Of a DNA stretch of 64,000 nucleotides, positions 45,934 to 55,662 are shown piece by piece (the first letter of the stretch is position 1; every line of letters starts with the position of its first letter). The translations under genes were made by a program, and so were the position numbers. This stretch comes from Escherichia phage AV124. Below the pieces are notes generated by a model. It saw only the letters and a list, made by a program, of their open reading frames with translations. It ran no database searches and was not told the origin of the DNA. The stretch lies in sequence record OR352954. One strand, written 5' to 3'.

Positions 45934-48300
45934 ATTAAAGGTCTGTTTATACTGGATAACGAGGCCGATGGCCTGTTAGACGAAGTAACTAAGTACCATT
46001 GTACTTTGCTGAAAGAATTCGGAGTCAACAACTGGAACCTGTTTTTAGACCCCGCACACCCTGAATATGAAAGCGCTGTAGCCTTTGCCAGGAGCAAGAA
46101 GGATGCTAATCTTACAATTCGTTCATACGACGAGCTGGAAAGCTTCCTGAAGACTTGTAGAGCCATTGCGTGTCACAACCTGTTTGGTTATGACCTGCGC
46201 CTGTGGAAGAAGTTATCGGGCATTGAATATGATATGTTCAAAGACCCGAAGTGCATGGGGACGATTGGGGATACACAGGTAAATCTCTACGACACCCTCT
46301 CTATGAGCCGTGTGCTTTATCCTGACCGTCCATTACCTAACGGTTGCCCTGACTCTGTTCTTAACCCGGTAACCGGGAAGCGAGACCGTGTAGGTCCTCA
46401 TGGCCTGTTGGCCTGGGGCTACCGCGTAGCAAACAAGAAAGTTCAGATCGATGACTGGCGTAACCAACCCTTGTGGGAATACGTTAATCGTGTCTGGGAA
46501 GACGTTTTAATCAACGAGTTAGTATGGCAATCCCTGATCGATGAATCTACAGGTGCTCGCTGGCCTGATGACAAGCAGTTCATGTACAAAGATAAACCGG
46601 AAGGGATGCGGCAGATCAACTGGAAGAACGCGCTACGCCGCCGTATGTTGACTGATTACCTGATGATTGAGCAAGAAATTCAGGGTGTTCCATTCAATAA
46701 GCATGAAGCTGAAAAGCTGAGAGACCGTATTGATGTAATGATGAAAGAGATTGAGGAAGAAGTAGAACCTCAACTCCCGCTCAAAGAGATGACGAAGTCT
46801 CAACAGCCAAAATTCCCTGCTAATCCTTTTGATGGTGCAGGAAGAATTTCCCATCACGGGTGGAATTGGTTAGAATACAAGCTGGGATATCCAGTTAATC
46901 GTGAAGCGCTGGAATTCAAAGGTCCACCGAAGACGGCGTTTAAAGGTAACGGTGATGTAAGTGCAGCAGGGGAAAGATACTGTATCCAGAATGGTGTTGA
47001 AGACCCGGCAGCGATGCCAGACTTCATTAGAAGCCAGATAAAGAAAGAGAATACCCTTGTCCCATTGCCACCAGACCTAATGGAAAAGGCAATTGCCGAT
47101 CTTCGTGCTGGAAAGATGCCAGACCTGATGGTTCCGATGAAGATCTCGAACCAGGACGACATCAAGAAGTACCTGATCCGCGATGCGGGATGGAAACCAA
47201 CGCTCTGGCGTGTTAAAGATGTGACGAAAGACCAGTTCAAAAAGACCCGCGATGATGCGGAGGTTGATGGTCTGGTGCGTAAGTACATCGAAGAACTTGG
47301 AGAGTCCGAGTATAAATCTCTGATTCTTGAGCACTTAAATAATAGTGACGCAAAGTTCAATATCTCGGAAAACAAGTTCGACCATCGTCATGGTTCTGAT
47401 CGTGTTTACGAGGAGGTCTTCAAGAAGTTCCGACGCAAAGCTCGTCAACTGCCGACTTCACCACAGTTGAAGGATAACTTTGGCAAGCTGTGTCCTAACC
47501 TTGAAGTTATCGATGTTCACTTGGCTAAACAGATTGTTAAGTGGCTGTCATTACGTAACCGTCGTTCTGTTCTCGACCCTATTGACGAGGATAAAAACGA
47601 TACAGGGCTGTTGAATCATCCTCGCCTGGCGATTGATGGAAAACTTCCAGCTCGTTTCTCTGGTATCACTAACACCGGGCGTTGTAAGCACACCATTTGT
47701 GCAAACATGCCTAAGCCAGATCCTAAGGTGTTGTTGGGTAAAGAGATGCGTGGTCTCTGGGGTGTGACCGATGAATATTACCAGGTCGGTATCGATGGTT
47801 CTAACCTCGAAGGTATGATCGCGGCATGGGGTGCATATCAGTTCGATGGTGGTGAATACCTCCGTATCATGGAAAGTGGAGATGCCCACGCACGAAACGC
47901 CGAGGCATACACCAAAGCTTCTGGTACTCTGGTAACGCGTAACGGTGGTAAAGGGGTAACCTACGGCATCATGTATGGTGCTCAGGCAGCTAAGATTGCA
48001 GCAATGCTTCACATTTCCCTTGACAAGGCACAGGCGGTAATCGATGCTTTCTGGGATAGTAACTTTGGTTTGAAAGGTCGTAAGGAATGGCTTGAAAACT
48101 TCTGGGAAGCAACGGGTAAACGTTATATCCCTGGTCTCGATGGTCGTAAGATTTGGACCCGTTCTAAGCACTCTCTTCTGAATGCTTTCCAGCAAAACGG
48201 TGGTGCATCTCTATTCGATCTGGTTGGTATCCTGCTTCACTGGGAACTGATCAAACGTGGCTGGTATGATGATGACGTTCGTCGCCTGATTTACTACCAT
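45934..48300 (+). CDS. DNA polymerase, family A (T7 gp5-like), 5' exon; apparent non-canonical start
   Basis: Alignable to T7 gp5 (LDNEADGLLDEVTKYHC exo I region, GPHGLLAWGYRV, motif B KGVTYGIMYG); frame open from 45922 with no ATG/GTG/TTG before conserved exo I motif; exon ends at YYH just before motif C. Confidence 0.75.
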
Positions 48301-49071
48301 AAATAACATTGTGGCTTTGTGAGGTAACTCACATCGAATAACTCCTTTAATTGCTGGGAGGCTAAGGTTGATATTCACTCGATAATAGAGTAAAATACAA
48401 CTATGTTAATCAGCAGCGAAGAGGATCAATGAAAAGTGTAAACTACCACGGATATGTGGTTTACGAAGACGGAACCATTATCGGAAGGCGCGGGAAACCG
48501 ATGCAAAAGGTAGATAATGGGAGGGGCTACCTAATTGTAAGTCTCTACCTTAATAAAAGAACAACGACAAAAGCTGTGCATGTTTTAGTGGCTGAGTGTT
48601 TCGTTCCCAACCCGGATAACCTCCCAGAGGTTGACCACAAGGATGGTGATAAGACCAACAACCACTACACCAACCTCCGCTGGGTAACAAGAGGTAAGAA
48701 CATAGAACATTGCTACACGTTGGAAGGTAGAAGTGCAACAGGTATTGCCAATGCAAACAGTAAGTTGTCAGAGGGAGAAGTGGAGAAAATCTGCTACCTC
48801 TTGCAGGAAGGCTTTAGTCAAGCTGCCATCCGAGACATGGGCTACCCATACGGAACAGTTAGGGCCATCAAGCAGAGACGACAATGGCTGCATATATCAT
48901 CTTCGTATCATTGGTCTTAACGTTCAGAGGCCAGCCGAAAGGCGTAGACGAGCGAGTGCCGTCGAAATGGGGAGCATCCTGAAAAGGATGGTGATATGGT
49001 CCGATCCTACGTGAAAACGTATGGCAACACGTAATGGTGTGGGCGAGATTAACGACCTCGCTAAACTTTTG
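48301..49071 (+). mobile_element. putative group I intron in DNA polymerase gene, carrying HNH homing endonuclease
   Basis: Polymerase frame stops at YYH-K-stop; in-frame C-terminal continuation DEYQ resumes at 49072 and restores motif C HDE; upstream exon ends in T, intron ends in G; internal ORF has own SD. Confidence 0.6.
48429..48920 (+). CDS. HNH homing endonuclease (intron-encoded)
   Basis: EVDHKDGDKTNNHYTNLRWVTRGKN HNH core; SD GAGGA before ATG. Confidence 0.7.
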   Translation: MKSVNYHGYVVYEDGTIIGRRGKPMQKVDNGRGYLIVSLYLNKRTTTKAVHVLVAECFVPNPDNLPEVDHKDGDKTNNHYTNLRWVTRGKNIEHCYTLEGRSATGIANANSKLSEGEVEKICYLLQEGFSQAAIRDMGYPYGTVRAIKQRRQWLHISSSYHWS

Positions 49072-49419
49072 GATGAATACCAGCTCCAGGTTCCTAAGAA
49101 ATACCTGAAGAAGTGGGAGTTCGACACCCTGGAAGAGGCAACAGCTTTCGTCAAAGAATGGGAAGCAAAAGGCCGGGTATTTGACGGACATGAATGGAGA
49201 AAGGCCGTCAAAGATGACAACGGTGATAAAGTCAAGGATGCGGAAGGCAATACAGTCTACGAAGGTATTTTCGGGGACGATGGTAAAATCCACATCCAGT
49301 ATTGCCCTGTTGGTGAAATGGTCGTAAGATGTGTAGAGAAGGCCGCTCGTATCATGGGCAGTCCTGTACATATCACAGGGGCATATCTTACGGGCGCCAA
49401 TTGGGCGCAATGTCATTGA
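49072..49419 (+). CDS. DNA polymerase, family A, 3' exon (motif C to C-terminus)
   Basis: DEYQ...TLEEATAFVKEWEAKGRVFDGHEW...ANWAQCH aligns with T7 gp5 C-terminus (HDEIQ...RTEEIAQVV...WVGDHW...PNWAICH). Confidence 0.65.
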   Translation, partial: DEYQLQVPKKYLKKWEFDTLEEATAFVKEWEAKGRVFDGHEWRKAVKDDNGDKVKDAEGNTVYEGIFGDDGKIHIQYCPVGEMVVRCVEKAARIMGSPVHITGAYLTGANWAQCH

Positions 49420-49437
49420 TATATAAGGATATTTTAT

Positions 49438-50073
49438 ATGGAATTATGGAAAGACATCCCCTCTACGGAGGGGAGATACCAAGTAAGTAATTATGGAAGA
49501 ATAAAAAGGCAACGGTATTCTCGCATAAACAGCAATCAAGCAGCAAGTTGGGAGCAAGTATATGAAACAAAGATATTAAAGCCTTCAAAGGACACACACG
49601 GTTACCTACAAGCTTGTTACCTTGTGGAAGGAGAGAGGACTATAGCCCTGGTCCATAGGCTTGTTGCAGAAGCCTTCCTTGCACCGCCAAGTCAAGAGTT
49701 GATAGATGAATGTATGAAGGCTGGTCACAAAGTGGTTCTTGTCAACCACAAGGATGGAAACCCACTTAACAACCATGTTGACAACCTTGAGTGGTGTACT
49801 CCTTCTTACAACAATGAGTATAGTCCCCAAGATTATTCAAATAGGTCTGGGGATAACTGTAAACATGCGGTTCTTAAAGAATCTGATGTTGACAAAATAC
49901 TGGAACTACGTGGTAAAATGAGTCAGCAGGCCATCGCGGATATGTTCGATGTGAAACAGATCACTATCAGCAACATTTTCACCGGAAGGTCTTGGTCTTC
50001 TTATACCGGAATACCTCGCAAAGAGCGTAACAAAGGAAAACGTGCAGCTAAGACCAAACTGTTATCACAATAG
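49438..50073 (+). CDS. HNH homing endonuclease (free-standing, NUMOD-like N-terminus)
   Basis: IPSTEGRYQVSNYGRIKR N-terminal module; HNH core VNHKDGNPLNNHVDNLEW. Confidence 0.7.
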   Translation: MELWKDIPSTEGRYQVSNYGRIKRQRYSRINSNQAASWEQVYETKILKPSKDTHGYLQACYLVEGERTIALVHRLVAEAFLAPPSQELIDECMKAGHKVVLVNHKDGNPLNNHVDNLEWCTPSYNNEYSPQDYSNRSGDNCKHAVLKESDVDKILELRGKMSQQAIADMFDVKQITISNIFTGRSWSSYTGIPRKERNKGKRAAKTKLLSQ

Positions 50074-50081
50074 GAGATACC

Positions 50082-50309
50082 ATGTTTCCGAACAAACCTA
50101 AAGAAGCCACCCATTATTTTATGTATCCAGGGCATCCTACTCCGGGTGGTAATTGGGCATACTATGTCAGCTTTTTCAGGAAAGTTGCAGGTGAGTGGAT
50201 GGTGTACACTACCGATACCGACAATGAGTACCCAGGCTGGACATTAGCTTCTCGACGCTATAAGAATAAAAGCTTAGAGACTATGATTGAATATTTGCAA
50301 GAAATTTAA
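50082..50309 (+). CDS. hypothetical protein
   Basis: SD GGAGA before ATG. Confidence 0.45.
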   Translation: MFPNKPKEATHYFMYPGHPTPGGNWAYYVSFFRKVAGEWMVYTTDTDNEYPGWTLASRRYKNKSLETMIEYLQEI

Positions 50310-50405
50310 AAAATAGTGTTGACACCCGTTTCGAATAGCATTAAAGTGTATCACATGAAGACGAGAGATCTCGCTTCAAAACAACCTCACAAACAGGAGA
50401 ACGAA

Positions 50406-52436
50406 ATGACCGCAAAATATGAAACCGTACCTTATGCTGACTTCGTAAAAGCTCTGAAAGCTCAGTTCGCTGTCATGCAAGCGCTGGGTGCGCTTTACAC
50501 GGTCGATGTACCGAAAGATGAACTGTACGACCTGTACCTTGATTCTTTCCCGGAAGGCACCAACCTGATGTATAAAGAGCGCCGTGAATACGACTGCAAC
50601 TGCTGCAAGAGCTACATCCGTACTCTGGGCCGCGTAGTTGCTATTCACAACGGCAAGCTGGTATCTATTTGGGACGTTAAAGTTGGTGGTTATTACCAAG
50701 TAGTTGCCGATGCGATGAAAGCGCGTGTTGAAAGCTCCGAGATCCGCGATCGCTTCTTCCACTTCGAAGGCCGCGTTGGTACTGAGAGCAACGTAGTTCT
50801 CCTGGAAAATGGGAAAACCAAAACCTGGACCCACTTCCATCAGGCCCTGCCTCGCGAACTGGTTAAACGTGGTGAAGATATCCCTTCTGCCCTGGGTGAG
50901 TACCGTGACAACGCAACTGTGCTGGCACGTTCTCTGAAAGATATCGATATGGACTCTGCCGAAACGGTAATGGACCTGATCAACCAAGGCTCTCTGTACC
51001 GTGGTGATGAGAAAAAGCACATTGTTGCTGCCTTTATTAAGGCGAAACGTGCATACGACAAAACGCCGGAAGACCAGCGAATGAACTTCTGCTGGAAACA
51101 AAGTGAAACGCTGGGTAGACTGGGTCGCTTCCGTAATGATGTCATCGGAACACTGATGAGCGATCTGGCAGAAGGTGTTGATCTTGAAGCCGCAGTGAAG
51201 TCCTTTGAAGACAAAGTCTCAGGGACCAACTACAAACGTACTACTGCTCTGGTAACTCCGGGCATGATCAAGGCAGCACAAGAGAAAGTTGAAGCCCTCG
51301 GCTTGACTGAATCTCTGGCACGTCGCTTTGCGGTGACCTCTGACCTGACGATCAACAACGTGTTGTTTGCTGACCGTTCTGCAAAGGCCCAAATGAACGT
51401 ATTCGAGCAACTGGCAGCGTCAACCAAAAACGCGCCTAAGTCACTGTCGAAAGTGGAAGAGATCAGCATTGAGGATTTCATCAACAACGTTCTACCGAAA
51501 GCGGACACTATCGAAGCGCTGGTTGAAGGTCGTCTGACACCGAACCTGATGAGCTTGGTTGCCCCGGCAAACGCAGGTGCTCCTAACCTGTTCAAATGGG
51601 ATAACGGCTTCTCCTGGTCGTATAATGGCGAAGTAACTGACTCCATCAAGGAGCGTGTGAAAGCCGCTGGCGGCAGCGTGACTGGTGACCTGCGTGTTTC
51701 GTTGTCTTGGTACAACAGTGATGACCTCGACCTGCACGTATTCGAGCCTGGTGGCGGTCAAATTTACTTCGGTAACAAACGTGGTCGCTCAACGGGTACG
51801 CTGGATGTGGATATGAATGCCTATGGCAAGTCAGACGCACACCATCCGGTTGAGAACGTTACGTGGGAAAATGAGCGTAATATCACGGAAGGTGTTTACA
51901 AGGTTGTTGTTAACAACTATAATAAGCGCATGACTGATCGCGTTGGCTTCGAAGTCCAGATGGAATACAAAGGCCAAGTGTTCAACTTCGCATACCCGCA
52001 AGCTTTGGGTAATAGCAAGAGCCAGACCGTTGTAACATTTAAGTATTCTCGTGCGAAAGGTGTTGAAATTGTAGACAGCATCGGGCATACTAAGCAATCT
52101 AAAGAAGTGTGGGGCGTCTCTACCGAGACCTTCCAGAAAGTTTCTCTGGTGCTAAATTCTCCTAACTTCTGGGATGGTCAGACCAAAGGTAACAAACACT
52201 ACTTCTTTATGCTGGAAGGTTGCATTAACCCTGACGATACTCGTGGCTTCTACAATGAGTATCTGCGTGACGAGCTGCATGAGCATCGTAAAGTGTTCGA
52301 AGTGTTGGGTTCCAAGCTCAAAGCTGAACACTCCGCTGATCAACTGAGCGGCCTGGGCTTCTCGTCTACCCAGCGTAATGAGTTGGTTGTGAAGGTGACT
52401 GGTTCTTTCAACCGCACCCTGAAGATTAAGTTCTAA
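50406..52436 (+). CDS. hypothetical protein (676 aa), strongly codon-optimised
   Basis: ATG after AGGAGAACGAA; CTG/CGT/GGT/GAA/AAA-dominated codon usage and higher GC than flanks; hairpin after stop; track start 50316 likely upstream extension. Confidence 0.6.
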   Translation: MTAKYETVPYADFVKALKAQFAVMQALGALYTVDVPKDELYDLYLDSFPEGTNLMYKERREYDCNCCKSYIRTLGRVVAIHNGKLVSIWDVKVGGYYQVVADAMKARVESSEIRDRFFHFEGRVGTESNVVLLENGKTKTWTHFHQALPRELVKRGEDIPSALGEYRDNATVLARSLKDIDMDSAETVMDLINQGSLYRGDEKKHIVAAFIKAKRAYDKTPEDQRMNFCWKQSETLGRLGRFRNDVIGTLMSDLAEGVDLEAAVKSFEDKVSGTNYKRTTALVTPGMIKAAQEKVEALGLTESLARRFAVTSDLTINNVLFADRSAKAQMNVFEQLAASTKNAPKSLSKVEEISIEDFINNVLPKADTIEALVEGRLTPNLMSLVAPANAGAPNLFKWDNGFSWSYNGEVTDSIKERVKAAGGSVTGDLRVSLSWYNSDDLDLHVFEPGGGQIYFGNKRGRSTGTLDVDMNAYGKSDAHHPVENVTWENERNITEGVYKVVVNNYNKRMTDRVGFEVQMEYKGQVFNFAYPQALGNSKSQTVVTFKYSRAKGVEIVDSIGHTKQSKEVWGVSTETFQKVSLVLNSPNFWDGQTKGNKHYFFMLEGCINPDDTRGFYNEYLRDELHEHRKVFEVLGSKLKAEHSADQLSGLGFSSTQRNELVVKVTGSFNRTLKIKF

Positions 52437-52486
52437 TTAAACAGCCCCTTCGGGGGCTAATATTGAAATCATAGAGGAGATAAAAG

Positions 52487-52882
52487 ATGACCACTACTAA
52501 CCTGTTCGAAGTTGCCACCCGTAAAAAACTGCGTTTTGCAAGTCCGAAAGGTCTACTGACCACAGAAGATCTGTGGGATCTGCCGATGACTGGTAATACC
52601 AGCCTAGATACGGTTTCCAAACTGGCTAACCGTGATGTGAAAGCATCTGCTGAAGAAAGTTTCGTTGTCGAGGCCAGTGCTGTAAATGGCGAAGCAAACC
52701 TGAAGCTGGATATCCTGAAGTACATCATCTCGGTGCGTAAAGCGGAGATCGCGGATCGCCAGGCAGCGAAAGAGAAGGTTGAGCGTAAGCGTAAACTTCT
52801 GGACCTGCTGGCAGAGAAGGATAACGAGAAAGATGCAGCGATGACTCGTGAAGAAATCCTGAAAGAGCTGGAATCTCTGTAA
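52487..52882 (+). CDS. hypothetical protein (131 aa), strongly codon-optimised
   Basis: ATG after AGGAGATAAAAG; same codon bias as upstream gene; followed by terminator. Confidence 0.55.
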   Translation: MTTTNLFEVATRKKLRFASPKGLLTTEDLWDLPMTGNTSLDTVSKLANRDVKASAEESFVVEASAVNGEANLKLDILKYIISVRKAEIADRQAAKEKVERKRKLLDLLAEKDNEKDAAMTREEILKELESL

Positions 52883-52889
52883 TCTGCCC

Positions 52890-52914
52890 GCCAAGGCCCT
52901 TCGGGGCCTTTTTG
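52890..52914 (+). terminator. rho-independent terminator
   Basis: AAGGCCC-TTCG-GGGCCTT followed by TTTTT. Confidence 0.6.
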
Positions 52915-52927
52915 CATTGGAGAAAAA

Positions 52928-53287
52928 ATGAAAGTAACTGGCAAACAAACTGTTGTACAGAACGTGGAAGTAGATATCTCTGATGAAGAGATCATGAATA
53001 TTGTCAAGGCACAAACACCAGACTACCTCGCAGATGTCCTCACCAAAGAACTGCTGAGGAACTTCATCTATAGCTTGCCAGCAGATTTTACTGGTGAGCG
53101 GGCCGTGTGGGAAACACGTAAAAGAGGATATGAACCGTTTCTTGTACTTGTCCATGTAGACGCTTGGTGGGACTACCACAACAATGTTGGTGTGGATGAA
53201 GAAGTCAGACCGCTCACCGAAGAAGAAACGGCAAAATATAATATGATTTGCGGTTTGCGGGACTACATTAAGCATCTGCAAAAATAA
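52928..53287 (+). CDS. hypothetical protein
   Basis: SD GGAGAAAAA before ATG. Confidence 0.5.
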   Translation: MKVTGKQTVVQNVEVDISDEEIMNIVKAQTPDYLADVLTKELLRNFIYSLPADFTGERAVWETRKRGYEPFLVLVHVDAWWDYHNNVGVDEEVRPLTEEETAKYNMICGLRDYIKHLQK

Positions 53288-53356
53288 TTCAAAAGCCTCT
53301 TGACTTCATGGTTGAGGGGCTTTATTGTTATGGAAGCTAAATAACCTGGGGGGTGT

Positions 53357-53524
53357 ATGTTAGAGGCAATCAATTATTTCTTTTTAGTTCTGGCAGCAGT
53401 GGCCTGTGTTTCTTGTGCCTTCGGTGCTGTCTTTTCAAAAGATGAAACACACCGTACGGTGTACGTGCTTTGTGCAGTCATCAACGCCGCTTTTACGGTG
53501 CATCTCTGGAGTATCGCCCTATGA
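53357..53524 (+). CDS. hypothetical small membrane protein (55 aa)
   Basis: ATG after GGGGGG; hydrophobic; below track cut-off. Confidence 0.3.
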   Translation: MLEAINYFFLVLAAVACVSCAFGAVFSKDETHRTVYVLCAVINAAFTVHLWSIAL

Positions 53525-53715
53525 AGCTTTCACATTTTATTTATGCTGTGTTAGGCCTTATGGCCCTGACCATGCTGACAACGTTGGGGCTTTCATTTAC
53601 AGCAGGTCATGAGCAACAAACAAAAGAAATTTTGGGCGCAGGTTTCGGTATGTTCATGCTTGAATTCTTCCTGCTTCTTTTGGGAGGCGTGATTGTGGAT
53701 ACTTCCGGCTGGTAA
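53521..53715 (+). CDS. hypothetical small membrane protein
   Basis: ATGA overlap; two hydrophobic helices. Confidence 0.4.
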   Translation: MKLSHFIYAVLGLMALTMLTTLGLSFTAGHEQQTKEILGAGFGMFMLEFFLLLLGGVIVDTSGW

Positions 53716-53725
53716 GGAGAAATAA

Positions 53726-53932
53726 ATGCGTGGATTTATGCCTTTGGTGAAACCTTTAGTAATCGTTGGAATAATTGTGGTAGTGGCGCTTTTTATTGTT
53801 GACACAGCAGATACCGTCACTCATAATTGTAAGCCTAACGGTGAGCAACGCCTTGCAAACAGTGCGGATGGCATTGTCGTTGAGAACAAACTGATCTGCG
53901 ACGGTGGTCGCGTGAAGTGGTCTCGCTACTAA
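53726..53932 (+). CDS. hypothetical small membrane protein
   Basis: SD AAGGAGAAA; N-terminal TM helix. Confidence 0.45.
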   Translation: MRGFMPLVKPLVIVGIIVVVALFIVDTADTVTHNCKPNGEQRLANSADGIVVENKLICDGGRVKWSRY

Positions 53933-53967
53933 ATCCTGACTAAATAATCTCAAGAGGAGAAAAACAA

Positions 53968-55056
53968 ATGACGATTACTCGCGGCCTTATCTTCGGGAAG
54001 TTTGCACCCCTGACCAACGGGCATATTGAATTCATTCGCCAGGCGGCTTCGCAGGTTAGTGCTCTGTACCTGTTCCTGTCATATGATCAGAAATTCGTTG
54101 ATGCACAACCAGAATGGATTCGTCCAAAGCTGGGGCTTGCTGATCGTTATCGTGACCTGCTGGATGTTATTGCCGATGAGGGACTTGACAACGTGAAGGT
54201 AGACTACGTTGATGAGTCGAATATCCCAGGATACCCTGAAGGCAGTGCTGCCTATGCAAAACTGATCCGTGAAAAGCAACCGTTCGTTAAGTACGATTTT
54301 GCTTTCTCTTCTGAGCCGGAGTATGAGTCTTACTTCAGTGAGTTCTTCCCTGAAGCGAAGCATGTAGTTATCGACGCAGAACGTAAAGCTGTTCCTATCT
54401 CAGCCACGATGATCCGTAATGATCCGTACAACAACTTCTACAACCTAGCGTGGCCTGCACGTAAGCGCTTCATGAAGAAGGTTGCCATCATTGGTGTTGA
54501 GAGTACGGGCAAGACAACCCTGACAAAACATCTGGCGCATACCTTCGGTGCTGGTTGGATTCCTGAGATCGGACGGCTTATCTGTGAGCGTGAATATCAC
54601 TCCAGTGAGTTCGCAATGTCTCGTGAAGACTACCTGCGTATCGCTATGGAGCACCGCCTGAAGGAGATGGAGTTGGCTGGTTGGGGTGATCGTGGGGTTA
54701 TGTTCTCTGACACCACAAACCTGATCACACACTTCTCTGGTGTTTGTGCTGATAAGATCGACTACGCAGACCTGTTGTTCCGGACACTAAGCCGTGAAGA
54801 GAGCTACAACTTCTATGACCTGTTCCTGCTCCTCACACCAGAGGTTCCGTGGGTTGCTGATCCTCTTCGCTTGCAGGATACACCAGAGAAACGTAAAGAA
54901 ACCCATTCTTTGCTTGACACAATGATCAGAGCATCTTACGATACAAGCAAGGTGGTGGTTATCTCCGGCAGTGATTACGAAGAGCGTACTCAGAGAGCTG
55001 AAGAAGCTGTCCGTAAATTGCTGAATATCAAAGGAGAACAAGATGGATCAAACTAA
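53968..55056 (+). CDS. nadR: bifunctional NMN adenylyltransferase / ribosylnicotinamide kinase (NadR-like, no HTH domain)
   Basis: N-terminal nucleotidyltransferase signature GKFAPLTNGHIEFI (GxFxPxHxGH); C-terminal P-loop GVESTGKTT; layout as NadR catalytic domains. Confidence 0.75.
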   Translation: MTITRGLIFGKFAPLTNGHIEFIRQAASQVSALYLFLSYDQKFVDAQPEWIRPKLGLADRYRDLLDVIADEGLDNVKVDYVDESNIPGYPEGSAAYAKLIREKQPFVKYDFAFSSEPEYESYFSEFFPEAKHVVIDAERKAVPISATMIRNDPYNNFYNLAWPARKRFMKKVAIIGVESTGKTTLTKHLAHTFGAGWIPEIGRLICEREYHSSEFAMSREDYLRIAMEHRLKEMELAGWGDRGVMFSDTTNLITHFSGVCADKIDYADLLFRTLSREESYNFYDLFLLLTPEVPWVADPLRLQDTPEKRKETHSLLDTMIRASYDTSKVVVISGSDYEERTQRAEEAVRKLLNIKGEQDGSN

Positions 55057-55468
55057 TCTGGCAATTCTTCAGTTCTTGAAAGAGGATTTGGAGAGAACCG
55101 AGGCATGGACTTTCCACTATGTTATTGAGGAGGCCTTAGACCTCAGTCCGATGGTGGTGGACATCTCCCTCACGCAACTGGAGCAGGGTAAGATGATCAC
55201 TCGCTGCCTGTGTGGTTGCAATGGCATTATGATTGCCCCTGGTGGGTATGAGGTGCTTCCAAAGCCTGAAAAGAAAGAGCAGATTCTGGTCTGGAAAACA
55301 GCACAAGGAGATGTTGTCAGGTTGACTCATATGGCAGATGATCATCTCCGTAACGCGATGGTATGGCTTCTGGAGCAGCCCTATTTGAGCGAAGAATACG
55401 AAGGTGTTGGTATAACGACATGGCTCAAGGAGATGTCAATTGAACTGCACAGGAGATTTTCACTATAA
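55043..55468 (+). CDS. hypothetical protein
   Basis: ORF overlapping nadR stop. Confidence 0.45.
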   Translation: MDQTNLAILQFLKEDLERTEAWTFHYVIEEALDLSPMVVDISLTQLEQGKMITRCLCGCNGIMIAPGGYEVLPKPEKKEQILVWKTAQGDVVRLTHMADDHLRNAMVWLLEQPYLSEEYEGVGITTWLKEMSIELHRRFSL

Positions 55469-55662
55469 TGGCGATCAAAGTAATCTCCGAAGGTACTCCG
55501 TTTACGGCAACGTGTAAGAGTTGCAGGTCTGTGGTTGAATACAATTACACGGATACCTATGTATATTCCTACACTGTTGCTCGTGGAATGCGGGTAGGTC
55601 ATGGTGCGTACCGCTGCATCACCTGTCCTGTGTGCTCATCAAGGATCAGGCATAATGGCTAA
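55468..55662 (+). CDS. hypothetical zinc-ribbon protein
   Basis: CKSC and CITCPVC motifs. Confidence 0.4.
   Translation: MAIKVISEGTPFTATCKSCRSVVEYNYTDTYVYSYTVARGMRVGHGAYRCITCPVCSSRIRHNG

Noticed and set aside
46006-46008. TTG at 46006 as the DNA polymerase start (as in the ORF track)
   Set aside because: Would remove the conserved exo I motif encoded in-frame upstream (45952-46005), which aligns with the T7 gp5 N-terminus.
48301-49071. Intein in the DNA polymerase
   Set aside because: The inserted HNH ORF has its own SD and start and is not in-frame with the polymerase; stop codons interrupt the polymerase frame; this favours an intron or split gene.
50316-50405. N-terminal extension of the 706-aa track ORF
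   Set aside because: The strong SD and onset of codon bias coincide with the internal ATG at 50406; upstream part has different composition.
50406-52436. Assignment of the 676-aa protein to NAD-dependent DNA ligase, ribonucleotide reductase, NAMPT or Alt-like ADP-ribosyltransferase
   Set aside because: No KxDG adenylation motif, no RNR or glycyl-radical motifs and no resemblance to NAMPT or T4 Alt on inspection; left as unknown.
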